A stretch of DNA of 37,450 nucleotides, taken from Fidelibacterota bacterium (GTDB taxonomy: Bacteria; Fidelibacterota; UBA2242). How positions within the stretch are numbered: position 1 is the stretch's first letter; each line of letters opens with the position of its first letter. The DNA lies in assembly GCA_049975265.1 (NCBI GenBank), contig JBNGDF010000024.1, positions 1-37,450 of the forward strand, written 5' to 3'. The translations under genes were made by a program, and so were the position numbers. The notes under the pieces were generated by a model, which was not told the DNA's origin, ran no database searches, and saw nothing but the letters and a program-made list of their open reading frames with translations. Of the stretch, positions 17,369-27,548 are shown piece after piece.

Positions 17369-18217
17369 CTATTCTATTACCGCAGTCTCGTGACGATGAA
17401 CATGACAGTCCACATTGACCGCTACCGGCATAGAGGCAATGTGACAGGGCATGGCAAGAATCTGAACCGCAAGGGCAGTAGTCCGACCACCCAATCCCTG
17501 CGGACCGATTCCCAGCCGATTGATCCGTTCCAATATTTCTTCCTCCACTTGCGCCCATTTCGGATCGGGATGTTTCTCCGTCAGAGGGCGCAGCAGCGCC
17601 TTCTTCGCCAGCAGCGCACATCGCTCAAAACTGCCGCCGATGCCGACCCCCACCACCACCGGTGGACAGGGATTGCCGCCGGAACGCTTAATCCGGTCCA
17701 CAACAAAATCCTTCACACCCTCAATGCCATCCGCCGCCTTCATCATCTTCACTTCGCTCATATTCTCCGCTCCGCCGCCCTTTGGTACCACAGTGATCTT
17801 CAATGTTTCACCGGGTACAAGGTCGGTATAGATCAGCGCCGGAGTGTTATCCCTGGTGTTTTTTCGTTCAATCACCGGATCGTCCACCATCGATTTCCGT
17901 AAAAAGCCGTCCTGATACCCCTGCCGGACACCTTCATTGATTGCCTCATAAAAATCACCACCCACCAGATGAATATCCTGCCCCAATTCGACGAATACCA
18001 CCGCCACTCCTGTGTCCTGGCAGAGAGGCATCTGCTCCTGCGCCGCCATTTTGTGATTCTCCAGCATCAGCGCCAGAATATCCTTTGCCGTCGGCGATTC
18101 TTCCTTTTCCATAAAATACCGGATTCGATCAACAACATCCGGACTGGCGTAATAGTTGGCATCAATACACAACTTTTTCACGATCGGTATAACCTGTGAA
18201 ACCTGAATCTCCTTCAA
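17369..18217 (-). CDS. Class I Fe-S fumarate hydratase, alpha subunit
   Basis: CQDTG, KGGGAEN, NPCPP, GPQGLGG, PCHIAS and CHVHR; probable TTG start at 18217 after GGAGGG (track start 18232). Confidence 0.9.
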   Translation of the reverse strand: MKEIQVSQVIPIVKKLCIDANYYASPDVVDRIRYFMEKEESPTAKDILALMLENHKMAAQEQMPLCQDTGVAVVFVELGQDIHLVGGDFYEAINEGVRQGYQDGFLRKSMVDDPVIERKNTRDNTPALIYTDLVPGETLKITVVPKGGGAENMSEVKMMKAADGIEGVKDFVVDRIKRSGGNPCPPVVVGVGIGGSFERCALLAKKALLRPLTEKHPDPKWAQVEEEILERINRLGIGPQGLGGRTTALAVQILAMPCHIASMPVAVNVDCHVHRHETAVIE

Positions 18218-18232
18218 TGATTCACCCTCCAA

Positions 18233-18626
18233 ATAATTATCGTTGAAAATAAAAAATGGCTTAAAAAATAATTCAAGGAATCCTTCGTATTTTAAATGGA
18301 AAACACCATTCAGAAACTGGGATTAAGGAATTTCCTCATTTCAATGGAATACTGCGCCAAAAAACCAACTGTTCCCACTACCCTCGAAAATTTTAACGCA
18401 ACCCTGTTAATTCATTTTTCGCGAAATTTCTCGTTAGTCCAATTAATTCCCTTATTGCTAAAATAGAATCTTTTGTAAAAAATCCAAAAGGAAAATTTGA
18501 TCTTTTTAATTTTTACCGGTGCAAAAAATTATTTATTTAACGTGCTTACAATTTCTTCCGACGATCCGGTCGCTACATCACCAACTCCCGGGCTGCTCAT
18601 ATATTCGGCATTTCCATTCCTGACCC
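18233..18626 (-). promoter_or_regulatory. AT-rich upstream control region of the 17.6 kb operon
   Basis: ~390 bp non-coding, A/T-tract-rich gap, the largest in the window; individual promoter elements not pinned down. Confidence 0.55.
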
Positions 18627-19499
18627 CTATTGCAACGACGCCACCAGAGTCCGACCTATTTCTGCCGGATTCGAAGTCACCCTGATGCCGGCTTTTTCCA
18701 AAGTCTCCATTTTTTCCCTTGCCGTTCCCTGACCGCCGGCGATGATAGCACCGGCGTGCCCCATCCGACGCCCCGGAGGCGCGGTTATACCCGCAATAAA
18801 TGCAACCACCGGCTTGGTAAAATGCTTCTGGATATAAGCAGCCGCATCCTCCTCGGCGCTTCCGCCAATCTCGCCGATCAGCACTACCGCCTCCGTCTGG
18901 TCATCATCCTGAAATAACGGTAACAGATCGGTAAAGATACTTCCCACAATCGGATCCCCGCCGATGCCGATACAGGTGGATTGACCCAGTCCGAGTTGCG
19001 TGATCTGATGGACCGCTTCATAGGTGAGAGTTCCGCTGCGGGAAATAACACCCACCGAACCCCTCTGATGAATAAACCCCGGCATAATGCCGATTTTCGA
19101 CCTCCCCGGCGCGATGATTCCCGGACAATTGGGTCCAATCAATCGCGATTTCGACCGTTCCAAAACATACTTGACCTTGATCATGTCCTGCGTCGGAATT
19201 CCCTCGGATATACAGACAATCAATTCCAACCCTGCGTCAATGGACTCGAGAATGGCATCGGCAGCAAACCGGGGCGGGACGAAAATCACACTGGCATTCG
19301 CGCCGGTTTCCGCTACCGCCTCCCGGACAAAGTCAAAAATCGGCAGACCGTGTTCCGATTTTCCCCCTCCCTTTCCGGGCGTCACACCGCTCACGACCTG
19401 CGTCCCGTATTCCAGCATCCGAGCCGTGTGAAATGCCCCCTCTCTGCCGGTAATTCCCTGCACCATCACCCGGGTGTTTTCATTGATCAAAATACTCAT
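18627..19499 (-). CDS. sucD: Succinate--CoA ligase subunit alpha
   Basis: [30 protein letters not shown] and phospho-His motif RMGHAGA. Confidence 0.97.
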   Translation of the reverse strand: MSILINENTRVMVQGITGREGAFHTARMLEYGTQVVSGVTPGKGGGKSEHGLPIFDFVREAVAETGANASVIFVPPRFAADAILESIDAGLELIVCISEGIPTQDMIKVKYVLERSKSRLIGPNCPGIIAPGRSKIGIMPGFIHQRGSVGVISRSGTLTYEAVHQITQLGLGQSTCIGIGGDPIVGSIFTDLLPLFQDDDQTEAVVLIGEIGGSAEEDAAAYIQKHFTKPVVAFIAGITAPPGRRMGHAGAIIAGGQGTAREKMETLEKAGIRVTSNPAEIGRTLVASLQ

Positions 19500-20668
19500 T
19501 ACTTCACTCCCCTGTTTGCTGCCTTGACAACCAATTTCGCCGCCCGGTCAAAGGAGTCGGCGACGGTAAAATTCAGGGCGGAATCTTCCAAAATTCTGCG
19601 CGCCTCTTCGGCATTGGTACCCTCAAGCCGGATTACGACGGGCACAGAGACCACCAGGCTTTGTAACGCTGTAACGATTCCCCGGGCAACCCGGTCACAG
19701 CGGACAATCCCGCCAAAAATATTGATCAGTACGGCATTCACATTTTCATCGCTCATTAAAATTTCGAAACCGTTGGCGACCGTATCCGGCGAAGCCACCC
19801 CGCCGACATCCAGAAAATTAGCCGGTTCGCCGCCATGCAACTTAATGATATCCATCGTCGCCATCGCCAGACCGGCACCGTTGACCATGCAACCGACATT
19901 TCCGCCCAAACGGACATAATTCAGGTGATTTTCCGACGCTTCCAGCTCCGCCGGATCTTCTTCACTGAAATCCCGTAATTCCAGAACCTGCGGATGCCGA
20001 AACAGGGCGTTGTCATCAAAATTGAGTTTTGCATCCAGCGCCATCAGCGCACCCGAGCGGGTTACAACCAGAGGATTGACCTCAACCAGCGATGCATCAC
20101 TGCGCCGAAAAACATTGTACAGGGACTGTAAAAACACCACCCCCTTTTTCCTCTGTTCGCCCTCCAGCCGCAATGCCGACACAAGCCGTTGATACTGATA
20201 CGCCTGCAACCCGAAACCGGGCAGCGCATATTCTTTGGCGATCTTTTCCGGCATCTCCGCCGCCACCTCTTCGATCTCCATACCACCTTCCGTGGAAACC
20301 ATCATCACCGGACGGGCTCTATTTCTATCAATCACTACTCCCGCATACAACTCCCGCTCAATATCCACCGCTTCTTCGATGAACAGCCGGTTAACGATTT
20401 TACCTTCCGGACCGGTCTGTCTGGTAATCAGCGGCTTGCCCAGCATATTTTCAATAATCTGTCGGGCTTCGGACTCTGAACGGGCAATTTTTACACCCCC
20501 GCCCTTACCGCGCCCACCGGCATGTATCTGGGCTTTGACAACACAGGGATAGCCCAGCAGACCGGCGGCATTCAGCGCCGCTTCCATCGAAAAAGCCGGA
20601 ATCCCCCGCGGTACCGGCACATGAAATCTGTTCAGGATATCCTTCGCCTGATACTCATGAATTTTCAT
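19499..20668 (-). CDS. sucC: Succinate--CoA ligase (ADP-forming) subunit beta
   Basis: [56 protein letters not shown] and [10 protein letters not shown]. Confidence 0.97.
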   Translation of the reverse strand: MKIHEYQAKDILNRFHVPVPRGIPAFSMEAALNAAGLLGYPCVVKAQIHAGGRGKGGGVKIARSESEARQIIENMLGKPLITRQTGPEGKIVNRLFIEEAVDIERELYAGVVIDRNRARPVMMVSTEGGMEIEEVAAEMPEKIAKEYALPGFGLQAYQYQRLVSALRLEGEQRKKGVVFLQSLYNVFRRSDASLVEVNPLVVTRSGALMALDAKLNFDDNALFRHPQVLELRDFSEEDPAELEASENHLNYVRLGGNVGCMVNGAGLAMATMDIIKLHGGEPANFLDVGGVASPDTVANGFEILMSDENVNAVLINIFGGIVRCDRVARGIVTALQSLVVSVPVVIRLEGTNAEEARRILEDSALNFTVADSFDRAAKLVVKAANRGVK

Positions 20669-20748
20669 TCGATCACTCCTGCAAGATTAATCCAATTTTA
20701 CTCTGAAAAGTTAAATATCCAAAAACTCTATCTTGTACCATCATCTTT

Positions 20749-21285
20749 CTACTTCGCTGCAGAGCAGTATTTTTCCGTTCCGAAAATGGTGATAATCTCA
20801 CCATAATATACGGTATGATAGTCTTTTTCTGGATATTTTCCTTCAATAACCGGGTCCAGAAAATCCCGCGGATGAAACTGACTCCGGTAGATTTTCCGGC
20901 ATTCCAAAATGAGTTCCGCCTCCTGATAACCGGGCGCCCGCACCAGTGTCGAGTTGATCGGGGTCAAGGCAGTCTCCGCCAGTTTATTACCATCACGACC
21001 GGATTTTGAGCCCAGCAGATTCAGATCTTCCTGATATTCAAGACCGAAGGCGCACAGGGTAAAATCAGGGTAGCGCTCCATAAAGCGATGGGTATAGCGG
21101 GTTGGTCGCACCACCACTTGAACAAAGGGTCGGGACCACATGGTACCGATGCTGCCCCAGCCAACCGTCATACAGTTGTAATCATTCTTTTTAAAATCGC
21201 CACAACTCAATAATAGCGATTGGTAATGCCACAAATAATGATTTCTTGTCTGGAAATCTTCCACGGCTATCTTCCTGCGCTGCAT
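20749..21285 (-). CDS. Flavin reductase-like (flavoredoxin-type) FMN-binding protein
   Basis: NCMTVGWG, VRPTRYT, GSKSGRD.NK and C-terminal DYH..YYGEI. Confidence 0.85.
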   Translation of the reverse strand: MQRRKIAVEDFQTRNHYLWHYQSLLLSCGDFKKNDYNCMTVGWGSIGTMWSRPFVQVVVRPTRYTHRFMERYPDFTLCAFGLEYQEDLNLLGSKSGRDGNKLAETALTPINSTLVRAPGYQEAELILECRKIYRSQFHPRDFLDPVIEGKYPEKDYHTVYYGEIITIFGTEKYCSAAK

Positions 21286-22451
21286 GGATTGACTCTCCCT
21301 TTCTTTATAATTCTGATCAATAAATAAAACAGAATCGTCCCGGCGATGCTGATTCCCGACGATACGATAAAGATATATCGGATTCCGAAAAGGTCCATTA
21401 CAAGACCGGAAACCAGGGGCGCCGTAATCATTCCGATACTTTGTGCCGTATTAAATATTCCGACAGTGGCACCCATACTGCCAAGTTCCTTCCCGAGTTT
21501 AATGTTCAACGCCGTTGCCGCCGGCATGGACCAGGCACTGGCTACACCAATCACGGCTCCAAGGATAAACAGCGAAGAAAAAGTGCGGCATAGCGGAATT
21601 ACTCCCAGTGCCAGGGAAACAACAACAGAACCACTGATCATCATGTAGTAATTGTCATATCGATCCGCCAGCATCCCGAATCGCCGCTGCAGAACCGCCG
21701 TCAGCAATACATTGACGGAAATCAAGATACCAATCTCTACACTGTTCAGACTGAGCTGCGCCGCTACCACCGGTAGAAATGCCATCAGACCGCCCCGCGC
21801 CAACGCATTGACCGCCCGGTAGATGAAAAGTGCCCTGACGATGTTGTTGGATAAAATTTTGCGAAATCCTATCGGACTCCGCTCCGGACGATGAGCGTTC
21901 GGGCGAACATCTGGCAGAAACAGCCAATTGACGAAAAATGCCATCCCGCAGAGCAGCGCCATGGCATAGAAAACGGCATTCATTCCGAGACTCTCGTGCA
22001 GCAGTCCTCCCAGCAGCGGACCGGTCGCCATCCCCAAAAACAGTGATATATTGTAGGTACCCATCGCTTTTCCTTCGGAGCCATCCAACGTCGTTTCGCC
22101 CACATACGCCATGGCGATCGGCAATACCATCGCCGAAAAAATACCGTGCATAACACGCACGGCAACCAGTTCGTAAACCTTCGTCACAAATGTGTACAGA
22201 ATTGAGATGAGTACAATAAAAAAGAGTCCGATAACGATAAATTTTTTTCGCCCGGAATGGTCGGACAATTTACCGATAACCGGCATAAAAATGAACCGTG
22301 AAAAGGAAAAACCGGAGAAAATCAGCCCCAGCCAGATGCCCGTGGCGCCCATATTTTGAGCATAGATCGGCATCAACGGCGAAATAATTCCGAGTCCCAG
22401 CATCACGGCAAAGGTGGAGATGAGCAGGATTTTAAGGATTCGATCAGCCAT
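21267..22451 (-). CDS. Major facilitator superfamily transporter (DHA1-like)
   Basis: 394 aa, ~12 hydrophobic segments, motif A GKLSDHSGRK, motif C GPLLGG. Confidence 0.92.
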   Translation of the reverse strand: MADRILKILLISTFAVMLGLGIISPLMPIYAQNMGATGIWLGLIFSGFSFSRFIFMPVIGKLSDHSGRKKFIVIGLFFIVLISILYTFVTKVYELVAVRVMHGIFSAMVLPIAMAYVGETTLDGSEGKAMGTYNISLFLGMATGPLLGGLLHESLGMNAVFYAMALLCGMAFFVNWLFLPDVRPNAHRPERSPIGFRKILSNNIVRALFIYRAVNALARGGLMAFLPVVAAQLSLNSVEIGILISVNVLLTAVLQRRFGMLADRYDNYYMMISGSVVVSLALGVIPLCRTFSSLFILGAVIGVASAWSMPAATALNIKLGKELGSMGATVGIFNTAQSIGMITAPLVSGLVMDLFGIRYIFIVSSGISIAGTILFYLLIRIIKKGRVNPCSAGR

Positions 22452-22500
22452 TCAGTATTTTGGAATGTTTCCAGGGAATTTTATAGAACCGATAGATAAC

Positions 22501-24867
22501 TTATTTCCAATCGATGACTTTTACAATTTTTCCGTTGGAGCGCAACTGAACGGCGTGATCAAGGTCTGTGCGGAATACCTTCGCCCCTATCCGGCAATAA
22601 TTATCCAAGGTTATTTGAGCCGGGTGCCAGAACTTGTTGTTTTCCCCCACCGAAATGACAGCATAGTTGGGCTTGATCTGCTCCAGATAGCTCAGTGTCG
22701 AGGAAGTACGGCTGCCATGATGTGGCACTTTGATAATCGTTGAACGTAAAAAATCCGCCCAGTATATCAGATACTCCTCGGATTCCCTTTCCGCATCACC
22801 GGTCAATAGCATGCTGACTTCCCCGTGAACCAGTTTGCAGACCAGCGAAGCGTCGTTGAAATTGCGCTGATGAAGATGCAAAAACCGATCCGAGGGGTGC
22901 AAAAAATAAAGATGGAGGTTTTTATCAATCGATACCATTGCGCCGGAATAGACATCGGTGACAGGAATTTTAAGAGAATCGGCTAAATGGTGAATCTCCC
23001 GGTAAATCCGCGAACCGGCTTCGATCCCACTCTCCCAAATTCGTTCCACTCCGATATTCCTAATGACCGTCGGCGCACCTCCGATATGATCGCTGTGCGG
23101 ATGAGTCAACATCAGAACATCCAGCTTTCGAATACCCGCCCGCTTTAAAAAAGGCACTACCACCAGCTCTCCGTAATCCCGGCGATACGTCCGGTCACCG
23201 GCATCGATCAGCATTGTGCGCCGGTCAGGTAACCGGATCAGGGTCGCATCCCCCTGCCCGACATCCAGAAAGGTAACGGTCAGCGGCGGATTGATCAGAA
23301 CAGCTTGCCAGACCAGGACATTGCCAAAAATCAGAAGACCAAATACCAGCGCTTTGCGGACTCTTACGTTATCGGCATTGAGCACCGCAAATATGAAACC
23401 GTAGAGCAGCAGGAGAATTCCCAATGAAATCTGCGCCACCGAAAAATAGGCGCCCGGGATATTCGAGAAAAACGCGACAATTTTTCGAAGTACCGTAATC
23501 AGAAGCGTTTCGATCTCTCCATAAGCAATATTAAACCAACCCCAGACCGTTCCCAGAATCACCTGCGCGAATCCCAGCGCACCGATGATTCCCACCAGCG
23601 GAATCACCACCAGATTCGAAACCATCGAAATTATCGGAATCCGCTGAAAATAGAATATCGTAATCGGGACCGTGCCAAGGAGCGCCGCCAGCGACACCAG
23701 AAACATCTGAAATATATACCGTAACCATGCGTAAGCATACACTCGCTTTTTGAATGTCTCAGGCAACAGTTGATCGAAACGTCGATAAATATAAACAATG
23801 GAAAATACCGCCATAAAGGAGAGTTGAAATCCCATATCGAAAAGCTGCAACGGATCGATCAGTGTTTGAATAAACGCCGCCGCCGCCAGGGAGTTATAGA
23901 CATTAATCTGGCGCTCCCAACCCTTTGAGATCAACACCAGCGACGCCATGATCACCGCCCGTAAAACGGAAGGTTTGATATCCACCACCAGAACATACAT
24001 TGCCAATACAACCACCGTTACGATTACTCTCGGCTTCAGCGGCAAACGCAGAAATCCGGTAATCACCCAGATCGCAAGACTGATATAACCCACGTGTAAT
24101 CCGGACACCGCCAAGACATGAATCGCTCCCGAATCGATAAATGCCTGCTCGGTTTCATCGCTGATTTCACCCCGCAGCCCTACCAGCAGCGCCTGCAGAA
24201 TTGCCGCCGGTTCGCCCGAGATAGAATTGCCAATCAGATCTCTGATGTGATATTTAACCTGATTCGCCCAGCGACGCAGCAGAAACCGATCCTGCGGCGC
24301 TGAGACATGAACATCCTCCTCATCCAGATATGCCAGCGCATAGATATGATGATTTTCCAGATACCGGCGGTAATCGAATTCACCGGGATTACGCCTGGAG
24401 CTCGGGCGTCGCAGCACTGCCTGAAATTCAAGACTGTCACCATAAAAGTAGTATCTGTCGCTGTTTTTAAGCCGGATCAGGATTTTGCCGCGGCAAGCCA
24501 TTCCAGTGGTTTCATCAAATACCACCTTCTTCGAAATGATTTTCTGCCGGCGATCGGCATCCCGTTCCACTGATTCGACAACAACTTTGTAACTCTGCTC
24601 AACGCCCGTCAGATAATGGGAAATGTGATTGGCTGTCCGGCGAACCTTAAAGCTATGATTTAATCCGCCCAAACTGACCAGTAAACAGAGGGTTACGACA
24701 ATCCGCCGGTCACTTCCCCGCCATAAAAGCCCCAGCACCATAATGACAACGCAGATAAGCCACCACACTTCGACCGCCAGACCGATATAGTAGTTGCATA
24801 AAATCCCGGCAAGGTACCAAAAAATCAAAAACGCCAACGGCGCACGTTTAAGAAGAGTATTTAGCAT
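22501..24867 (-). CDS. comEC: DNA internalization competence protein ComEC/Rec2
   Basis: RNPGEFDY, HVLAVSGLHVG, PSVLRA and GFQLSF; metallo-beta-lactamase domain LDVGQGD, THPHSDHIGG, LTGD and VPHHGS. Confidence 0.96.
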   Translation of the reverse strand: MLNTLLKRAPLAFLIFWYLAGILCNYYIGLAVEVWWLICVVIMVLGLLWRGSDRRIVVTLCLLVSLGGLNHSFKVRRTANHISHYLTGVEQSYKVVVESVERDADRRQKIISKKVVFDETTGMACRGKILIRLKNSDRYYFYGDSLEFQAVLRRPSSRRNPGEFDYRRYLENHHIYALAYLDEEDVHVSAPQDRFLLRRWANQVKYHIRDLIGNSISGEPAAILQALLVGLRGEISDETEQAFIDSGAIHVLAVSGLHVGYISLAIWVITGFLRLPLKPRVIVTVVVLAMYVLVVDIKPSVLRAVIMASLVLISKGWERQINVYNSLAAAAFIQTLIDPLQLFDMGFQLSFMAVFSIVYIYRRFDQLLPETFKKRVYAYAWLRYIFQMFLVSLAALLGTVPITIFYFQRIPIISMVSNLVVIPLVGIIGALGFAQVILGTVWGWFNIAYGEIETLLITVLRKIVAFFSNIPGAYFSVAQISLGILLLLYGFIFAVLNADNVRVRKALVFGLLIFGNVLVWQAVLINPPLTVTFLDVGQGDATLIRLPDRRTMLIDAGDRTYRRDYGELVVVPFLKRAGIRKLDVLMLTHPHSDHIGGAPTVIRNIGVERIWESGIEAGSRIYREIHHLADSLKIPVTDVYSGAMVSIDKNLHLYFLHPSDRFLHLHQRNFNDASLVCKLVHGEVSMLLTGDAERESEEYLIYWADFLRSTIIKVPHHGSRTSSTLSYLEQIKPNYAVISVGENNKFWHPAQITLDNYCRIGAKVFRTDLDHAVQLRSNGKIVKVIDWK

Positions 24868-24903
24868 TGGGTTTAGATAATTTTCATTATCTACAATATA
24901 TCG

Positions 24904-25443
24904 TCAAATCACTGCAAGTTTGCTGATAAAAGTCAGGTAAAACCAGGTATAGGCAGTGGTAATGCACATAATTCCAATGGCGAAGGGATAGAAATTGTGT
25001 TTATTGACAAAATGCAGGCTGAAAAAGACTGCTGTCATGAACAATGTCGCAACGTTGGAGGTAATCAAAATGACGAGCCCGGCAATCAGAACCGTCGTGC
25101 GAGGACCAACCGCCAATTGGTAGAAAATCGTTGCAAACAGCAGGCTTACAACCAAAATCGCGTAATACCAGAAAAAGTAGCGGATATTGGTTCCCCGCCG
25201 TAGCAGCTGAATCAACACGACAGTAAAGAAAAGATAGAGCGCCGTAATGATGCAGACGGCAAACCAGCTGAGCAGCAGATCGTTCAGGGTCTCCACCGAA
25301 ATCCAGAAACGAAACTGTCGCAAAATATTGGGTTCCACTACCACCATAAACAGCGCAAATCCGGCAATCACAATTGTCAGCAGATAGCCATAAAGATGAC
25401 TGCCGAACCGAATTTCTTCCGTACCTGAGTGCTCTTCCATCAT
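24904..25443 (-). CDS. Hypothetical integral membrane protein (~5 TM helices)
   Basis: Hydrophobic ORF filling the gap between co-oriented genes; exact start uncertain (25449 or the ATG ATG at 25443/25440). Confidence 0.7.
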   Translation of the reverse strand: MMEEHSGTEEIRFGSHLYGYLLTIVIAGFALFMVVVEPNILRQFRFWISVETLNDLLLSWFAVCIITALYLFFTVVLIQLLRRGTNIRYFFWYYAILVVSLLFATIFYQLAVGPRTTVLIAGLVILITSNVATLFMTAVFFSLHFVNKHNFYPFAIGIMCITTAYTWFYLTFISKLAVI

Positions 25444-25449
25444 GATCAC

Positions 25450-25914
25450 TTATTTTCTGCCTTGCAGGGCTATTTCTCGCCGGGCTTCTCTGAGCCACAA
25501 TTCACTTTTCTCAATATCACCGGAATTGCGCGCCAGCGCAATCCGCACAGCGGCGGTAAAGGGTATCTTCTGATTATTCGGATCACTGTAAAAAGCATCT
25601 ACCAGACCGACGACCAGGTTTATCCGGTTCTCGCCCCGGGGAATGTATTCTCCGATGACTTCCCGGGAACGTTTAAGATAGAAGGGTTCTGTAAAAATAA
25701 ATTCCCTCTGTTGCTGATTCCTGATGTGAATTTCCAGGATATTTTCGGCTTTTTCAAGTCCGTTCAGAAATCCGGTCACATAGTACATCTTATTTTCCGT
25801 TTTCATCCCGTTCCAGATCATGCCGTCCAGCATTCGCTCCCTCTGTGCATGGAGATTTGAAATTACCAGGATGGCAGTAACAAAAAAGAGTGTCGGGAGT
25901 TGTAGTTTTTTCAT
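25450..25914 (-). CDS. Hypothetical exported protein
   Basis: Signal-peptide-like N-terminus MKK...SNLHA|Q; start overlaps the nadE stop (ATGA). Confidence 0.75.
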   Translation of the reverse strand: MKKLQLPTLFFVTAILVISNLHAQRERMLDGMIWNGMKTENKMYYVTGFLNGLEKAENILEIHIRNQQQREFIFTEPFYLKRSREVIGEYIPRGENRINLVVGLVDAFYSDPNNQKIPFTAAVRIALARNSGDIEKSELWLREARREIALQGRK

Positions 25915-27548
25915 TTTTTATACCGGTTGATAATTGGAAACCGTCGGCCCACCCCAAAGGCTTTGCCGGTCACCTTCAGACCGGGCGCCGCCTGACGCCG
26001 CTTATACTCCGCCAGCCGGATCCGGTTCATTATGTCCGACACCAACTGCGGATCATACCCTGATGCCAGCAGCTCGTCAAAGGATTTTTGATGAACAATA
26101 ATTTCATCTACCAGTGGGCTGACAATTTCATAATCAAAAGGGTCTACCTGACCGGCTTTCAGCTCGGCACTGGGTGCCCGCCGGAAGATGCGCTCCGGAA
26201 TAATTGCGCGGTCATTTGTATTATTGACATAGCGCGCCACGGCATAGACATCCAGTTTGCTCAAATCGGAGATCACCGCCAGCGCTCCCGCCATATCGCC
26301 GTACAGCGTGCAATAGCCCAGCGCCAGCTCGGTTTTATTGCCGGTGCTCAGAACATAGGCTCTGAACTTATTCGCCAGCGCCATCAGCAGGTTGCCGCGA
26401 ATCCGGGATTGAATATTCTCCTCGGTAATATCGGAAGGGAGTCCCCTGAAAACTCCTTGCAGCTCCCGATCATAAGCTGCCGCAACGGTCTCGATGGGAA
26501 GCGTCAGAAATTTGATTCCCAGATTTTCCGCCAGCAGTCTGGCATCGGTGTTGCTCTCCGCTGCCGTGTAAGCGCCGGGCATCGCCACTCCGGTGACATG
26601 TTGGCTGCCAAGAGCAGCAACGGCGATACAGGCTACCAGCGCCGAATCGATCCCCCCGCTCAGTCCCAGAATCGCCTCGTTGCAGCCGGTTTTTCGAAAA
26701 TAATCCCGGACACCGGTCACCAGACCGTTGAAGATGCTTTCCTCCCGACAAATATCCGGCACTGCCACCGGCTGTCCCAGCCCCGAATCCAGATTAATAT
26801 CGACCACCGTCAGGGTTTCTTGAAACTCCTCTCCCCAGCCGATGATCCGTCCGGCGGCATCCAGCATCATGGAATTGCCATCAAAGACAAATTCGTCCTG
26901 ACCGCCAATCTGGTTGACCAGCGCAAAGGGCGTTCTAATCTTTGTCACCTTGTCGTGAATTAATTTCCGGCGCACCTCCCGCTTGTTGTACTCGAAAGGA
27001 GATGCCGAAAGGTTTACGATCAGTCCGGCACCATCCGCCGCCAGCGGTTCTGTAATTTTCACCCCGGAATCGGCATCCCAGAGGTCCTCACAGATTTCGA
27101 CACCCAGTATAAGGGATTTCCCATTTATTTTCACCGGAACGGGGGTATTGGATTCGGCGGACACAAAATAGCGTTTCTCATCGAAAACGTCATAGTTTGG
27201 CAGCAGCGTTTTATAACGTTTATCGATTATTGAACCATTCTGAATCAGAGCAGCGGCATTATAGATATTTGTCCCGCTTTGATCCGCAAAACCGACGATT
27301 GCGATCATCTCCGCCGACACGTGTCGGGCGACGCTGTTCAACCCTGCGAGGTTATCGCAGATAAATTGCCGGTTAAACAACAGATCCTGAGGCAAATAGC
27401 CGGTAATAGTCATTTCGGGGAATATCAGCAGTTCGATCTGCAGTCGTTGCGCTTCCCGGATTTTTTCAATGATTTTTGCGACATTTCCCTCTATATCACC
27501 GATGATCGGGTTCAGTTGCGCCATCCCAATTTTTAAAACCCGGCTCAA
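25911..27548 (-). CDS. nadE: Glutamine-dependent NAD+ synthetase
   Basis: Nitrilase domain E-K-C (FPEM, KTLLPNYDVFDE, ICEDLW) plus synthetase LSGGIDS, ENIQSRIRG, TGNKTE and PSAELK. Confidence 0.96.
   Translation of the reverse strand: MSRVLKIGMAQLNPIIGDIEGNVAKIIEKIREAQRLQIELLIFPEMTITGYLPQDLLFNRQFICDNLAGLNSVARHVSAEMIAIVGFADQSGTNIYNAAALIQNGSIIDKRYKTLLPNYDVFDEKRYFVSAESNTPVPVKINGKSLILGVEICEDLWDADSGVKITEPLAADGAGLIVNLSASPFEYNKREVRRKLIHDKVTKIRTPFALVNQIGGQDEFVFDGNSMMLDAAGRIIGWGEEFQETLTVVDINLDSGLGQPVAVPDICREESIFNGLVTGVRDYFRKTGCNEAILGLSGGIDSALVACIAVAALGSQHVTGVAMPGAYTAAESNTDARLLAENLGIKFLTLPIETVAAAYDRELQGVFRGLPSDITEENIQSRIRGNLLMALANKFRAYVLSTGNKTELALGYCTLYGDMAGALAVISDLSKLDVYAVARYVNNTNDRAIIPERIFRRAPSAELKAGQVDPFDYEIVSPLVDEIIVHQKSFDELLASGYDPQLVSDIMNRIRLAEYKRRQAAPGLKVTGKAFGVGRRFPIINRYKK

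Noticed and set aside
17358..17621. 88-aa Cys-rich N-terminal extension of the fumarase beta subunit given by the ORF track
   Set aside because: It overlaps the alpha gene in another frame; a good RBS precedes ATG 17357
16797..18217. L-tartrate dehydratase TtdAB
   Set aside because: Same family and not strictly excluded, but the context (fumarate reductase, malic enzyme, sucCD) favours fumarase
18233..18626. Sigma-54 (-24/-12) promoter or Rex operator for the operon
   Set aside because: TTGGCGCAGTATTCCA on the minus strand lacks the GC at the required GG-N10-GC spacing; no good TTGTGAA-N4-TTCACAA site seen
18981..19919. Long + strand ORF of 312 aa (likewise 7180-7929, 9639-10316, 26088-26963, 31721-32407)
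   Set aside because: Antisense shadows of well-conserved genes with no recognisable motifs
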